64,000 nucleotides of DNA from Candidatus Colwellbacteria bacterium (GTDB lineage Bacteria > Patescibacteriota > Minisyncoccia > UBA6257 > Colwellbacteraceae): positions 128,001-192,000 of the forward strand of contig JACOWZ010000003.1 in assembly GCA_016176525.1 (NCBI GenBank), in the 5' to 3' direction. Every line of letters starts with the position of its first letter. Position 1 is the first letter of the stretch. Under the pieces are notes generated by a model. It had not been told where the DNA came from and made no database searches. It worked only from the letters and a program-made list of their open reading frames with translations. A program made the position numbers and the translations under genes. Of this stretch, positions 25,816-35,384 are shown in pieces.

Positions 25816-25834
25816 TAATACTCTTATTTGCCGC

Positions 25835-27310
25835 TTATTTATTTAACGGCCCTGTAATACTGATTCCTTTTTTATTGATTTCATATTCTATAATTTCTTT
25901 TTCATGCCATGAGCCGCGAAGTTTTAAAATATTAAGAACGTTTATAATCTTTTTTTCGCGCTCTATATAGCGGGCTAGAATTACGCCGTCAACGAGCGAG
26001 CTTAGGCGAAGCGCTGTTGCGGATGTGGGCCCGAAGGTCTGTGGCGGAACAGATACGAATAAACTTGGCTCTAAGTGATTCACATACGCCGTGATGCCCT
26101 CGCTCTTTAAAAAGAAGTTTAGCTGGACTAAAAATTCGCGAACAAGTTCAAGAGGAATTTTACGCGATTCAATTGAAGATATTGAGTCAATTAAAATCCG
26201 TTTTGTATCCGGCTTATTTTTGGCTGCATTCACTATTTTATAGAGCAGCTTATCAAGATTGGTGTCTAGAAGACTCTCGCTAACAAATGCAAGTTGGCCG
26301 GATTTCTTAAATTTCTCGAGATCAAAGCCATATTCAGCCGCTGTTTTAACAATCTGTTCTGGCGGCTCTTCCATCGTCAGATAAATAACATCTTCTCCTT
26401 TTAGCAAGCCGTCCATAAGAAAATGCAGGCCAAAGGTTGTCTTGCCGGTGCCGGTGTTTCCGCTTATTAGCATTAAGTGCCCATAAGGAACTCCGCCACC
26501 CAGCATCTTGTCTAAAGCGGGCAGGCCGCTTGAGAGCCTTTCTGTAATATCAGTTTTAAAAGTGGAGCTGTAAGATGGAATTTTGGGGTAAATAATAACT
26601 CCATCGCCTGTGATATCAAAAATAACCTGACCGCTTCTGTAAGATACGCCGCGCATCTTTTCTACGTTCAACCTGCGGATCATAGACTGTTCCCCAAGAG
26701 TGTAGTTCAGCACAATAATTCCATCCGCCACAGAGTCTTCTACTCCGAATACCGACAAGCCCTGGTTATTTCTTTCAGCTATTAATAAGAGAGTCGCATT
26801 TCTAATTGACATAGCCCTTATAAGCCTTGAGAGAAATACCCTTGCCGTGGCCACATCTGTAAGCCTATATAAAAATCCTGTAATGTTGTCAAAAACCACT
26901 CGTTTTGAGCCAAGTTTATCAACTAAATTGGTAATAGCTTGAACAACTGCATTTATATCTTTTGAATCCAACTTTTTTTCCTCAAGATTCCGGCCTTTTA
27001 CCAAAATTTCTAAGTCAGAAAAATAAACTCCTGCTTCATCCACCGCGCTCTGGCTATAAAACCCAAGGGTTCTAGTATTTTTTATAGCCGAAGCAATAGG
27101 CTCCGTTGTGCTTATGTATACTCCCGGCTCTTTAAACTTTGTATAACCGGTAAATAGCCACTGCAAGCCAATAACAGTTTTTCCCGTACCGGGCTGACCA
27201 GAAAGTATAACAGAAGAACCTTCCACCAACCCGCCATTTAAAACCGAATCCAGGCCGGGAATTCCCATGGGCTGAATTTGCAATTTTTCCTCTACAAGCG
27301 GTTTTTTCAT
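25835..27310 (-). CDS. KaiC-like double RecA-domain ATPase
   Basis: Two Walker A motifs (SGQPGTGKT, SGNTGTGKT), each preceded by G.P.LD..L.GG. Confidence 0.8.
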   Translation of the reverse strand: MKKPLVEEKLQIQPMGIPGLDSVLNGGLVEGSSVILSGQPGTGKTVIGLQWLFTGYTKFKEPGVYISTTEPIASAIKNTRTLGFYSQSAVDEAGVYFSDLEILVKGRNLEEKKLDSKDINAVVQAITNLVDKLGSKRVVFDNITGFLYRLTDVATARVFLSRLIRAMSIRNATLLLIAERNNQGLSVFGVEDSVADGIIVLNYTLGEQSMIRRLNVEKMRGVSYRSGQVIFDITGDGVIIYPKIPSYSSTFKTDITERLSSGLPALDKMLGGGVPYGHLMLISGNTGTGKTTFGLHFLMDGLLKGEDVIYLTMEEPPEQIVKTAAEYGFDLEKFKKSGQLAFVSESLLDTNLDKLLYKIVNAAKNKPDTKRILIDSISSIESRKIPLELVREFLVQLNFFLKSEGITAYVNHLEPSLFVSVPPQTFGPTSATALRLSSLVDGVILARYIEREKKIINVLNILKLRGSWHEKEIIEYEINKKGISITGPLNK

Positions 27311-27339
27311 TATTTGTCTTAGTCTTTTAGTTTATTATA

Positions 27340-27380
27340 CAAAATCCAATATGCCAACCAGCTGGCGTATTGGATTTTGT
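27340..27380. terminator. Perfect 12-bp inverted repeat CAAAATCCAATA..TATTGGATTTTG between tRNA-Leu and the KaiC-like gene
   Basis: Seen in sequence. Weak U-tract, so function uncertain. Confidence 0.35.
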
Positions 27381-27382
27381 TT

Positions 27383-27469
27383 TGGTGCCCGGGGTGGGAT
27401 TTGAACCCACAACCCAAAATTTGGGCAAGGATTTTAAGTCCTCTGCGTAAACCATTCCGCCACCCGGGC
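27383..27469 (-). tRNA. tRNA-Leu (anticodon UAA), long variable arm, CCA encoded
   Basis: Hand fold: loop CTTAAAA, variable arm, T-loop TTCAAAT. Confidence 0.65.
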
Positions 27470-27529
27470 GTATTCGCACTCAAAAGTCTAAATCAGACTA
27501 AAAAAAATTTCAACAAAAAAGCCGCGTGC

Positions 27530-28063
27530 CTAATTGGCAAGCGGTGATTCGGTTTCGATAATCTCCTTTTTGAGAGAAAGCTGCAGCTTAAACTTCCCAT
27601 TGGTCGGGAAATTCCTGCGGATGATCTTTTCTTCGTCGGGAGTGAGAGACCAGACGAAATTGGAAAGCCTGGTTTTTTGTCCCGCGAAGCGCAGACCCAT
27701 ATGATCATGGGATTGATCTGCACTCATCAGTAGAATAGGGTGTCGCTCATCATCAATCTCAAGCGCGATCAATGTTAGAACGACGTCTTCAGGATTTCGC
27801 GCCTCCTTCATCATCAAGACGCTGGAGTCCAGAGTGCAAACGAGCGTGTGGCGCTCCGGGAAAAATTCGGTCGGTATCTTGGCTCGCTGACTGAAAAAGT
27901 GTTGGCTGACCATGATAAACTCTTCGCTGAATTCAATCCCATTGGGAAGGTTCAGTTCGCCCGGAATGTCCTGAGATTGGAAAATTATTTTCCGAAGACC
28001 ATCTCCGGTCAAGACTACTTCTCTCACTTCAAGTTCCTTCGTAATTTTTACCACAAAAACCAT
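27530..28063 (-). CDS. Hypothetical protein (177 aa) between two tRNA genes; GC slightly above local background
   Basis: ORF only. No motif recognized. Confidence 0.45.
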   Translation of the reverse strand: MVFVVKITKELEVREVVLTGDGLRKIIFQSQDIPGELNLPNGIEFSEEFIMVSQHFFSQRAKIPTEFFPERHTLVCTLDSSVLMMKEARNPEDVVLTLIALEIDDERHPILLMSADQSHDHMGLRFAGQKTRLSNFVWSLTPDEEKIIRRNFPTNGKFKLQLSLKKEIIETESPLAN

Positions 28064-28128
28064 CTCCTTTGATGGTAAAGTGCTGAAATTAATATGCTGT
28101 TATTCGCGATAAATGTCAACTTTATTTG

Positions 28129-28200
28129 AGGCCGCAGTCGGAATTGAACCGACGCATAGGGGATTTGCAGTCCCCTGCCTTACCACTTGGCTATGCGGCC
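28129..28200 (-). tRNA. tRNA-Cys (anticodon GCA), U73 discriminator
   Basis: Hand fold: anticodon stem GGGGA/TCCCC, loop CTGCAAA. Confidence 0.7.
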
Positions 28201-28213
28201 AAACATATAGATA

Positions 28214-28546
28214 TTACTCATCCATTAGCTTTTTTTCAATCTTCGCCGCATGCTCCACACCCTCATCTATAACAAAATTCAGTTGGGGCACTGTGCGTAT
28301 ATTTAATATTCTAATAAGTTTGTAATGCAAGCCGCCTGAAGATTTTTTCAGCTGATCAACTATTTCTACAGCTTTTCCGTCTGGAAATACGCTTACGCCA
28401 ATTTTTGCAGAGTTTAAGTCACTGGAGAGCTCAACACTCGTTAAGCTAACCAAAACTCCAGAGGGAAGATCAAGTTCGCGCGCAATAAGCTTGCTAAGCT
28501 CTTGCTCAATCAGGCTCTCCAACTTAGGCTGGCGTTTAATGTCCAT
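28214..28546 (-). CDS. rbfA: Ribosome-binding factor A
   Basis: Size, position next to infB, and KH-like sequence pattern. Confidence 0.7.
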   Translation of the reverse strand: MDIKRQPKLESLIEQELSKLIARELDLPSGVLVSLTSVELSSDLNSAKIGVSVFPDGKAVEIVDQLKKSSGGLHYKLIRILNIRTVPQLNFVIDEGVEHAAKIEKKLMDE

Positions 28547-29964
28547 TAATAAACTTTAATTATATCTCCCGGCTGCACCATAAAAACCGAATCCAGCATT
28601 ATTCCACACTCACCCTCACTTACTTCTCGCCTATCCTCTTTACCTTGCTGAAGGTTAACAATTCTTCCTTCGCCTACTTTTTCGCTACCCCGATGAATAT
28701 CTGCATCCGAATTATTCTGCACAACACCAGAGGCAACCTTACACCCTACAACTTGCTTTTTGCCCTTAACGCTAAATACTTTTAGAACCTCCAATTGCCC
28801 CCTGGCTTGCGAGCCAGACTCGCCCTTTATATAACTCTCTAAATCTTCTAAAAGCTTGTATATAATATCGTGTTTAATTATCTGAATATTCTGGACTCTG
28901 GCCAAGCTTTCGGCGCCCTTATCGGGCTCTACACCAAACCCCAAAATAACACTGCCGGTGTTTTTAGCCATATTTACATCATTGGATGTAATCTCTCCAA
29001 CCGATGCGTCCAACACCTGCACTTTTGCCCCAACTAGTTCGCGCAAGGCTTCTAAAGATCCTGCAACATCGGCTTTAAGCACTGCCTTTATTCTTTCTTC
29101 ACCTTCGCCACTCGGAGCAACTGCCGATGCTTCTTTTTGCAAACCTGGTTCTTTGCCAACCCCCCAAATTTCGCCAACTTTAGGAATAGCCTCCCAGCCA
29201 AGAATTCTAATGGGCATTGATGGTATAGCGTATTTAATTCTCTTGCCGAGAAAGTCTTCCATAATTTTTACTTTGCATGCTGCAGAGTCCGTGCCAATTT
29301 CGTCTCCTATTTTTAGTTCGCCGTCTTTTATAATACAGCTCGCTACAATCCCTCTGCGGCTGTCTTTGTGCGCTTCAATAATAAAGCCTTTACCTTTTGC
29401 TGCAGTATCATATTTTAATTCTTCAAGCTCGCCTAAAAGAACAATTAAACTTAAAAGCTCTTCAATCCCCTCGCCGCTAACAGTTGATGTGCCATGCCAG
29501 CTAACATCGCCCCCATATTTTTCTAGCATAACACCCATATGCCCTAGCTCGCGCGCAGCGCGCTCAATATCCGCATTGTTTTTATCTATTTTAGTGAGTG
29601 CAACTATAAAAGGCGTTTCAGTTTTTTTTAGAATCTCTATCGCTTCTTTTGTCTGCGGCTTTACGCCATCATCTGCGGCAACAACAAGTATTGCAACATC
29701 TGCCACAGCCGCACCGCGCCTGCGCATTGCAGAGAATGCCTCGTGGCCCGGGGTGTCAATAAATGTAATTTTTTTGCCGTCTTTTTCTACCTCATATGCG
29801 CCTGTTGCCTGCGTTATGCCGCCGGCTTCACGCGCAGCAATGTTGGTCTTGCGAATATAGTCCAGCAAACTAGTCTTGCCATGGTCAACATGGCCGACAA
29901 CAACGACCACGGGGGGCCTTGTAAGTAATGTTTCTTTAGTTTTAGTAGCAGTTTTTGAGGCCAT
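28546..29964 (-). CDS. infB: Translation initiation factor IF-2 (short form: G domain to C-terminus)
   Basis: GHVDHGKT, DTPGH, NKID motifs. Confidence 0.85.
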   Translation of the reverse strand: MASKTATKTKETLLTRPPVVVVVGHVDHGKTSLLDYIRKTNIAAREAGGITQATGAYEVEKDGKKITFIDTPGHEAFSAMRRRGAAVADVAILVVAADDGVKPQTKEAIEILKKTETPFIVALTKIDKNNADIERAARELGHMGVMLEKYGGDVSWHGTSTVSGEGIEELLSLIVLLGELEELKYDTAAKGKGFIIEAHKDSRRGIVASCIIKDGELKIGDEIGTDSAACKVKIMEDFLGKRIKYAIPSMPIRILGWEAIPKVGEIWGVGKEPGLQKEASAVAPSGEGEERIKAVLKADVAGSLEALRELVGAKVQVLDASVGEITSNDVNMAKNTGSVILGFGVEPDKGAESLARVQNIQIIKHDIIYKLLEDLESYIKGESGSQARGQLEVLKVFSVKGKKQVVGCKVASGVVQNNSDADIHRGSEKVGEGRIVNLQQGKEDRREVSEGECGIMLDSVFMVQPGDIIKVY

Positions 29965-30033
29965 AAGTTTCTACAAGATAGCAGAATAAATTGATTATTA
30001 CAATCGTTTACGATATTCTGTAATAAGAAATTT

Positions 30034-30122
30034 GGAGGGGACGCATAGCGGCTAGTGCAAAAGTTTGCTAAACTTTGGCCCCGGAAGGGACCAGGTGGGT
30101 TCGACTCCCACTCCCTCCGCCA
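30034..30122 (+). tRNA. tRNA-Ser (anticodon GCU), long variable arm, CCA encoded
   Basis: Hand fold: loop TTGCTAA, T-loop TTCGACT. Confidence 0.65.
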
Positions 30123-30125
30123 GCA

Positions 30126-30419
30126 ATGTTTAAGCTAATTGTAACAATTATGGGAGCCTTAATGTCTATCGGATATCTCCCACAGGCATATAAGATTATA
30201 AAGACGAAATCAGCTGAAGATGTCTCTGTTATTACTTATCTAATTTTAAGCATAGGTACACTTGTTTGGACAATATATGGTATACAAATTAGAGACCTGC
30301 CAATTATAATAGGATTCTCTATAGGGGTTTTTGGTTCCTGGCTTGTGTTAGGCGCAACACTATATTACAACTATAAAAATGGCAAAAAAGGTATCATTCA
30401 AGAGAAACCAAAGCCTTAG
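30126..30419 (+). CDS. SemiSWEET / PQ-loop small sugar transporter
   Basis: Three TM helices with LPQ motif (IGYLPQAYKIIKTKS). Start taken at the Met after the tRNA. Confidence 0.55.
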   Translation: MFKLIVTIMGALMSIGYLPQAYKIIKTKSAEDVSVITYLILSIGTLVWTIYGIQIRDLPIIIGFSIGVFGSWLVLGATLYYNYKNGKKGIIQEKPKP

Positions 30420-31080
30420 GGAATTTCAGCGAATAAACGGAGAGATTTATAACGAGAACGACGATCGTCTGTATTCCCTGCCAGATATAATGGCTAACCA
30501 GCTGCGCTTTACAATGCGCGCCATAAAAGGCGTTCGCAAGAAAAATAAAAGCAGATTAGAAAATAATCTTCTTATTGCATTTTCATGGCTTATGACGCTT
30601 GCAAGTCGACTGCATATCGACGTTGAAGATTCTATTTGGAAAAGATTCCCGGGATATTGCCCATATTGCGGAGGATGCCCTTGCAAATGCCGCTTTAGAA
30701 AGGTTAAGCCGAAGAAAATGGTGCGCCTTGTGCGAAAAGATTCTAAGCGTCCAAAATCATTGGCCGAATTTCAAGAAATGGTTGAGTCAATATACCCACA
30801 AGGCGAAAAAACATTAATTGACTCTACAATTCACTTAGCGGAAGAAGCTGGAGAAGTGAGCGAGGCAATACAAATATATTACGGAGAGCATAAAGATAGC
30901 CAGTTTAAGGATGTAGCTAAAGAGATTGCCGATTTTGCCTGCCATTTTTTTAATGTTGCAAGCGCTGCAGGAATTGATATAGCAAGGGGGCTCGCAAAAC
31001 AATATAAAAATAATTGCCATGTTTGCCACAAGGCACCGTGTATATGCAAGTTTTCGTACGTAGCTAAATTTAAATCCTAA
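30379..31080 (+). CDS. MazG-like nucleotide pyrophosphohydrolase domain protein with two Cys clusters
   Basis: AEEAGEVSEA and EIADFACHFF helices (MazG-like). CPYCGGCPCKC and CHVCHKAPCIC. Confidence 0.45.
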   Translation: MAKKVSFKRNQSLREFQRINGEIYNENDDRLYSLPDIMANQLRFTMRAIKGVRKKNKSRLENNLLIAFSWLMTLASRLHIDVEDSIWKRFPGYCPYCGGCPCKCRFRKVKPKKMVRLVRKDSKRPKSLAEFQEMVESIYPQGEKTLIDSTIHLAEEAGEVSEAIQIYYGEHKDSQFKDVAKEIADFACHFFNVASAAGIDIARGLAKQYKNNCHVCHKAPCICKFSYVAKFKS

Positions 31081-31926
31081 ATGAAATTCTCTATCGGCCT
31101 ACTTGGGCTTTCACTCGCGATTATTGGGCTTTTTACACTTACAATTTTTACTCCGACAGAAAAAATAAACATTAAAACATCCGCCTCTGCAAACAAAACA
31201 GAACTGGCTATAAAATATGACCCACGCCTACTGCCGGACCTTATACCCTACCCGGCAAAAGATTTAGAGATTCAAGAAGAAGACGACAATATATATCTGC
31301 TCTTTACCACAATGTTTTATAACAATGGCCGCGGGCCATTGGAACTCATTGCAGACCCGGCGACAAAGGGAATAAGAGCCGACATTGAAAGAAATGTCTT
31401 ACAAAGAATATACAACGAAAATGGCACATATGAAGATAAAATAGCCGGCACATTTCTATGGCATCAAGAACATTTACACTACCACTACAAAGATTTTGTA
31501 ATTTATGATCTAGAGCCGATTAAGGCCCTCGGCGCAACTGACCTAGAAGGTAATCGCGTAAAATCTACTTTTTGTATAAGGGATGTAAGCAAAACTGATG
31601 CAATTCTAGAAAATACGCTGGAAAAGGCAAAATATCTAATCTGCGGCAAAGAACTGCAGGGAATATCAGTGGGCTGGGCAGATACATACTTTAACTATTA
31701 CCCCGACCAGCGACTGAACATCACCGATTTGCCAAGCGGCACATATCGCCTTAGTTTTATAGTAAACCCAGAAAGTATCTTAGAAGAGTCTGACAGTACA
31801 AATAACATAAGCAGTATAGAGTTTAGATATAATAAGAATTCAGGTGAAGTAAAAATATTAGATGAATCGCCTGCAGACTTGCCGAACTTTGAACACGTGC
31901 ATATTGACCAACAATTTGAGCAATGA
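31081..31926 (+). CDS. Lysyl-oxidase-like (LOX family copper amine oxidase) domain protein, secreted/anchored
   Basis: WHQEHLHYHYKDF copper site. GWADTYFNYYPDQRLNITDLPSGTYRLSFIVNP matches the LOX C-terminal signature (DTY...IDITD...G.Y.L.V.VNP). N-terminal signal/TM. Confidence 0.55.
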   Translation: MKFSIGLLGLSLAIIGLFTLTIFTPTEKINIKTSASANKTELAIKYDPRLLPDLIPYPAKDLEIQEEDDNIYLLFTTMFYNNGRGPLELIADPATKGIRADIERNVLQRIYNENGTYEDKIAGTFLWHQEHLHYHYKDFVIYDLEPIKALGATDLEGNRVKSTFCIRDVSKTDAILENTLEKAKYLICGKELQGISVGWADTYFNYYPDQRLNITDLPSGTYRLSFIVNPESILEESDSTNNISSIEFRYNKNSGEVKILDESPADLPNFEHVHIDQQFEQ

Positions 31927-33038
31927 GAATAAAAATAATAATTTTAATAATAATTGCAGCTGTAATAGGTGTGTTTCTAATAAACCGCGGTGGGGAGGAT
32001 GAAATAATTGTGGTAACAGGTGAGCCAGCAGAAACCGCAGCAGAATCGGTAAAAGTAATAGCCGAGGGCCTTGAAATACCATGGGATATAGCATTTTTGC
32101 CTTATGGTGATTTACTTGTAACAGAGCGGCCCGGGCGGCTTGTTAGGATCGACGTGGATGGCACACGCACGCAAATTCCTGTTGAATCGGTGCGCCACGC
32201 TGGCGAAGGAGGCCTTTTGGGTTTGGTTCTACATCCAAATTTTACCCAAAATAATTGGCTGTACATTTATCTTTCTTCTCCCGAAGCGGGAGGCGAGACA
32301 ATAAATCGTGTTGAGCAATATAAGCTTGTAAACAATATTTTAACGAAAAAGAAAATAATTATTGATAATATTCCGGGCGCTCCATACCACGACGGCGGGC
32401 GAATTGAGTTTGGCCCTGATGACAAGCTTTATATTTCAACAGGCGACGCAACCCGGCCAGAGATTGCGCAAGACTTAAACTCACTTGGCGGCAAAATACT
32501 GCGCCTAAACGAGAATGGTACAAGCGAAGTTTATTCATACGGCCATAGAAATCCGCAGGGCTTAGCGTGGGACAATAAGGGTAATTTATGGGAAACAGAG
32601 CACGGCCCATCCGCTGTGGTTTTCCCAAATTGCTGCCAAGACGAGCTTAATTTAATTAAGCCTGGCGCAAACTATGGCTGGCCTGATAGCGTTGGCGATA
32701 AAGTGCTTACAGAAACTATAGCTCCAGCGTTACACTCGGGCCGCGACACATGGGCGCCTGCAAGTTTGGTTTATTGGAAGAACCCCGACGCTTCGGTCGG
32801 GGCAGGTAGTTTATTCTTCGGCGGGCTAAAAGGCGAGGCGCTATACGAAGCGGTGTTAGATGGCGACAAAGTTAGAGAACTCAAAACCCATTTTAAGAAT
32901 GAATTCGGCCGCATACGCACTGTGCGCATAGGGCCGGATAATATGCTCTATATTACGACCTCCAACCGCGACGGCCGCGGCGCTGTGCGTACTGGAGACG
33001 ATAAGATAATCAGAATTAACCCTAGATTTCTAGATTAG
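31923..33038 (+). CDS. PQQ-dependent soluble sugar dehydrogenase (YliI-like beta-propeller)
   Basis: GLEIPWDIAFLPYGDLLVTERPGRL. N-terminal TM/signal. ATGA overlap with the upstream gene. Confidence 0.65.
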   Translation: MRIKIIILIIIAAVIGVFLINRGGEDEIIVVTGEPAETAAESVKVIAEGLEIPWDIAFLPYGDLLVTERPGRLVRIDVDGTRTQIPVESVRHAGEGGLLGLVLHPNFTQNNWLYIYLSSPEAGGETINRVEQYKLVNNILTKKKIIIDNIPGAPYHDGGRIEFGPDDKLYISTGDATRPEIAQDLNSLGGKILRLNENGTSEVYSYGHRNPQGLAWDNKGNLWETEHGPSAVVFPNCCQDELNLIKPGANYGWPDSVGDKVLTETIAPALHSGRDTWAPASLVYWKNPDASVGAGSLFFGGLKGEALYEAVLDGDKVRELKTHFKNEFGRIRTVRIGPDNMLYITTSNRDGRGAVRTGDDKIIRINPRFLD

Positions 33039-33055
33039 TGTGCTAGAATTATTCT

Positions 33056-33199
33056 ATGCATAAGTGCTTTCATTGCCATAGACCACTTGTTAAAGAAATA
33101 AAATCTGATAGACCCGTATTTGCAAAATTGTGTTATAACTGCGGCAGAGTGCAGGCTCCGCGCAGATCAGAAAAACCACAAAAACCACGCAGCAAATAG
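33056..33199 (+). CDS. Unannotated 47-aa C4 zinc-ribbon ORF (below the ORF-track size cutoff)
   Basis: Hand translation MHKCFHCHRP...CYNCGRVQAPRRSEKPQKPRSK. CxxC-N17-CxxC with basic tail. No Shine-Dalgarno. Confidence 0.3.
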   Translation: MHKCFHCHRPLVKEIKSDRPVFAKLCYNCGRVQAPRRSEKPQKPRSK

Positions 33200-33201
33200 A
33201 T

Positions 33202-33498
33202 ATGGAGTACTTTTCAGGTATAAATTGGTTTGCTGTTTTCGGAGTGGCCGCAATAGGGCTTGCGATAAGAATTATTTGGAAAAAAGATAATGGTTTAGCC
33301 GCAGCCGCGCTTGCCCTAATTAGCTCGTTTGTACTTGCTACTCTTATTGCAAACCTTGGGGTTGCAAATCCGCTAAAAGGCGCAGCTTTCGGTGCGCTTA
33401 TATGGCTCGGTTTTGTGGCACCAACACGTGCGCAAGACCTTGGGTTGCACCTTACAACGCTTGTGATAATGGGGCTTGCGCTAACTTGGTGGCAATAA
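33202..33498 (+). CDS. Hypothetical small membrane protein (3 TM)
   Basis: Hydrophobic helices. Confidence 0.45.
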   Translation: MEYFSGINWFAVFGVAAIGLAIRIIWKKDNGLAAAALALISSFVLATLIANLGVANPLKGAAFGALIWLGFVAPTRAQDLGLHLTTLVIMGLALTWWQ

Positions 33499-33510
33499 AT
33501 TTTTATAGCG

Positions 33511-34500
33511 TTACTTACGCTTTACAACACGCCTTACTGCAGAGACAATATCTTTTACACCCATACCGTATTTTTCTATAACCTCGTTTGGCGGGCCAGA
33601 TTCACCGAACACTCCCTGCATACCTATAAACTCTTGAGGAGTCGGATAATTCTTAGCTAACACCTCTGCGACTGCAGAACCCATGCCTCCCGCAACTTGG
33701 TGCTCTTCAACAGTTACAACCGCACCGCATTTTTTAGCAACTTCTATAATCTTTCTCTCGTCCATCGGCTTAACAGTATGGTTATTTAAAACGATTGTGC
33801 CTATTTTTATTTTCTCCAGCTCTTTAGCGGCTAAAAGCGCGTTGTACAAAAGCGGGCCGCAGCCAATAATCGCGCACTGCGGCTTTTTAGATTCCCAAAA
33901 AACTTCGGCTTTGCCCGGCGTATAAGGCGTAGATTCGGTTGTAAAAACCGGAGACTTTTCGCGGGCAAAACGTATGTAAATCGGGCCCCAGATTTTGGCT
34001 GCGGCGACGGTCGCCTTTTTGGCCTCAACTGCATCGCAAGGCACAAAAACTTTCATATTTGCCATAACACGCATTGTCGCGATGTCTTCCACTGCTTGGT
34101 GCGTTGCGCCGTCTGGGCCGACCGAGACTCCCGCGTGCGAACCGGCAATTTTAACATTAGAATCATTGTAAGAAATAGTGGTTCTAATTTGCTCCCAATT
34201 TCTGCCTGGAGAAAAAGTTGCATAAGAAGAAATAAATGGAACTTTGCCGGAAATTCCCAAACCAGCTGCAATAGTTGCCATATTTTGTTCGGCAACGCCC
34301 ATTTCTATAAATCTCTCCGGGTATTTTTTAGAAAAAGCTTCTGAACGCGTAGACTCTGTTAAATCTGCGCAGAGCACTACAACGTTTTTGTCTGCCTCGC
34401 CTGCGACAAGTAGGCCTTCACCATAACCATTGCGTGTAGGCGCTTGTTTTATATCATCCTTAAATACTTCCGGGCTCAATTTTGCTTCTTTGTTTATCAT
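33511..34500 (-). CDS. tktB: Transketolase C-terminal subunit (pyrimidine-binding and C-terminal domains)
   Basis: Split transketolase pattern (...GVAEQNM...GPDGATHQ...). Confidence 0.85.
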   Translation of the reverse strand: MINKEAKLSPEVFKDDIKQAPTRNGYGEGLLVAGEADKNVVVLCADLTESTRSEAFSKKYPERFIEMGVAEQNMATIAAGLGISGKVPFISSYATFSPGRNWEQIRTTISYNDSNVKIAGSHAGVSVGPDGATHQAVEDIATMRVMANMKVFVPCDAVEAKKATVAAAKIWGPIYIRFAREKSPVFTTESTPYTPGKAEVFWESKKPQCAIIGCGPLLYNALLAAKELEKIKIGTIVLNNHTVKPMDERKIIEVAKKCGAVVTVEEHQVAGGMGSAVAEVLAKNYPTPQEFIGMQGVFGESGPPNEVIEKYGMGVKDIVSAVRRVVKRK

Positions 34501-35384
34501 TCGTGTTCTGATTTAATTTTACCGCCTAATGTGCGCAGTTCTTTCAGCGCCAACTTTGCCTGCTCGGCTTTCGGCGGCTCGCCAGGCATATCACTTGCTC
34601 CTGGCGGCGTGCCATGCCATTTAAAATCATTTTCCATAAAGCTAACGCCTTTGCCCGGAATAGTATGCGCTATTATCACTGTAGGCTTTTCGTAAATTGC
34701 TTTAGCTTCGTTTACTGCATCAACAATTGCTTGCATGTTGTGGCCATCAATCTCTAGTACATGCCATCCGAAAGATTCATATTTATCGCGCAGAGACTCC
34801 AAAGGCATAACGTTTTCTGTAAAACCATCTATCTGAATATTATTGCGGTCTATTACCGCAGTAAGATTATTCAGTTTGTTGTTCGCTATAAACATTGCGG
34901 ATTCCCAAGTATTGCCGGCATCGTGTTCGCCATCCGACATAAAACAATAGGTTCTATACTTTTTCCCGTCCATCTTCGCAGCAAGGGCAACGCCGGCGGC
35001 TTGCCCTAATCCAGAACCCAAAGGGCCAGAAGTGGTTTCCACACCCGGCAAAGCTGTGCGGTGCGGATGCCCCTGTAGACGAGAGTTGATTTTGCGCAAA
35101 GTCATCAATTCTTTTTTCGGGAAATAGCCGGCCTCTGCCATTGTTACATAGCGCACGGGGCAAATATGGCCGTTGGAGAGAATTAACCTGTCTCTATCTT
35201 CCCAATTAGGGTTCTTAGGGTCATGGTTAAGTATATGGAAATAAAAAGCAGTAAAAATATCTGCCATGCCTAAAGGGCCGGCAGTATGGCCGCTTTTTGC
35301 CTCAACCAGCACCTCAATAATAGTTTTGCGAATCTTATTCGCCGTTTCTTCCAAAAACCTTATTTTAGATTCGTGTAAGTTCAT
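34497..35384 (-). CDS. tktA: Transketolase N-terminal (TPP-binding) subunit. Start moved to the internal Met at 35384; the track's ORF begins at 35471.
   Basis: GH(T/P)...GPLGSGL...SDGE..AG. ATGA overlap with the C-terminal subunit. Confidence 0.8.
   Translation of the reverse strand: MNLHESKIRFLEETANKIRKTIIEVLVEAKSGHTAGPLGMADIFTAFYFHILNHDPKNPNWEDRDRLILSNGHICPVRYVTMAEAGYFPKKELMTLRKINSRLQGHPHRTALPGVETTSGPLGSGLGQAAGVALAAKMDGKKYRTYCFMSDGEHDAGNTWESAMFIANNKLNNLTAVIDRNNIQIDGFTENVMPLESLRDKYESFGWHVLEIDGHNMQAIVDAVNEAKAIYEKPTVIIAHTIPGKGVSFMENDFKWHGTPPGASDMPGEPPKAEQAKLALKELRTLGGKIKSEHE

Noticed and set aside
28958-29860. 300-aa + strand ORF inside infB
   Set aside because: Antisense to a highly conserved IF-2 G-domain gene. 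Ser/Ala/Pro-rich nonsense translation.
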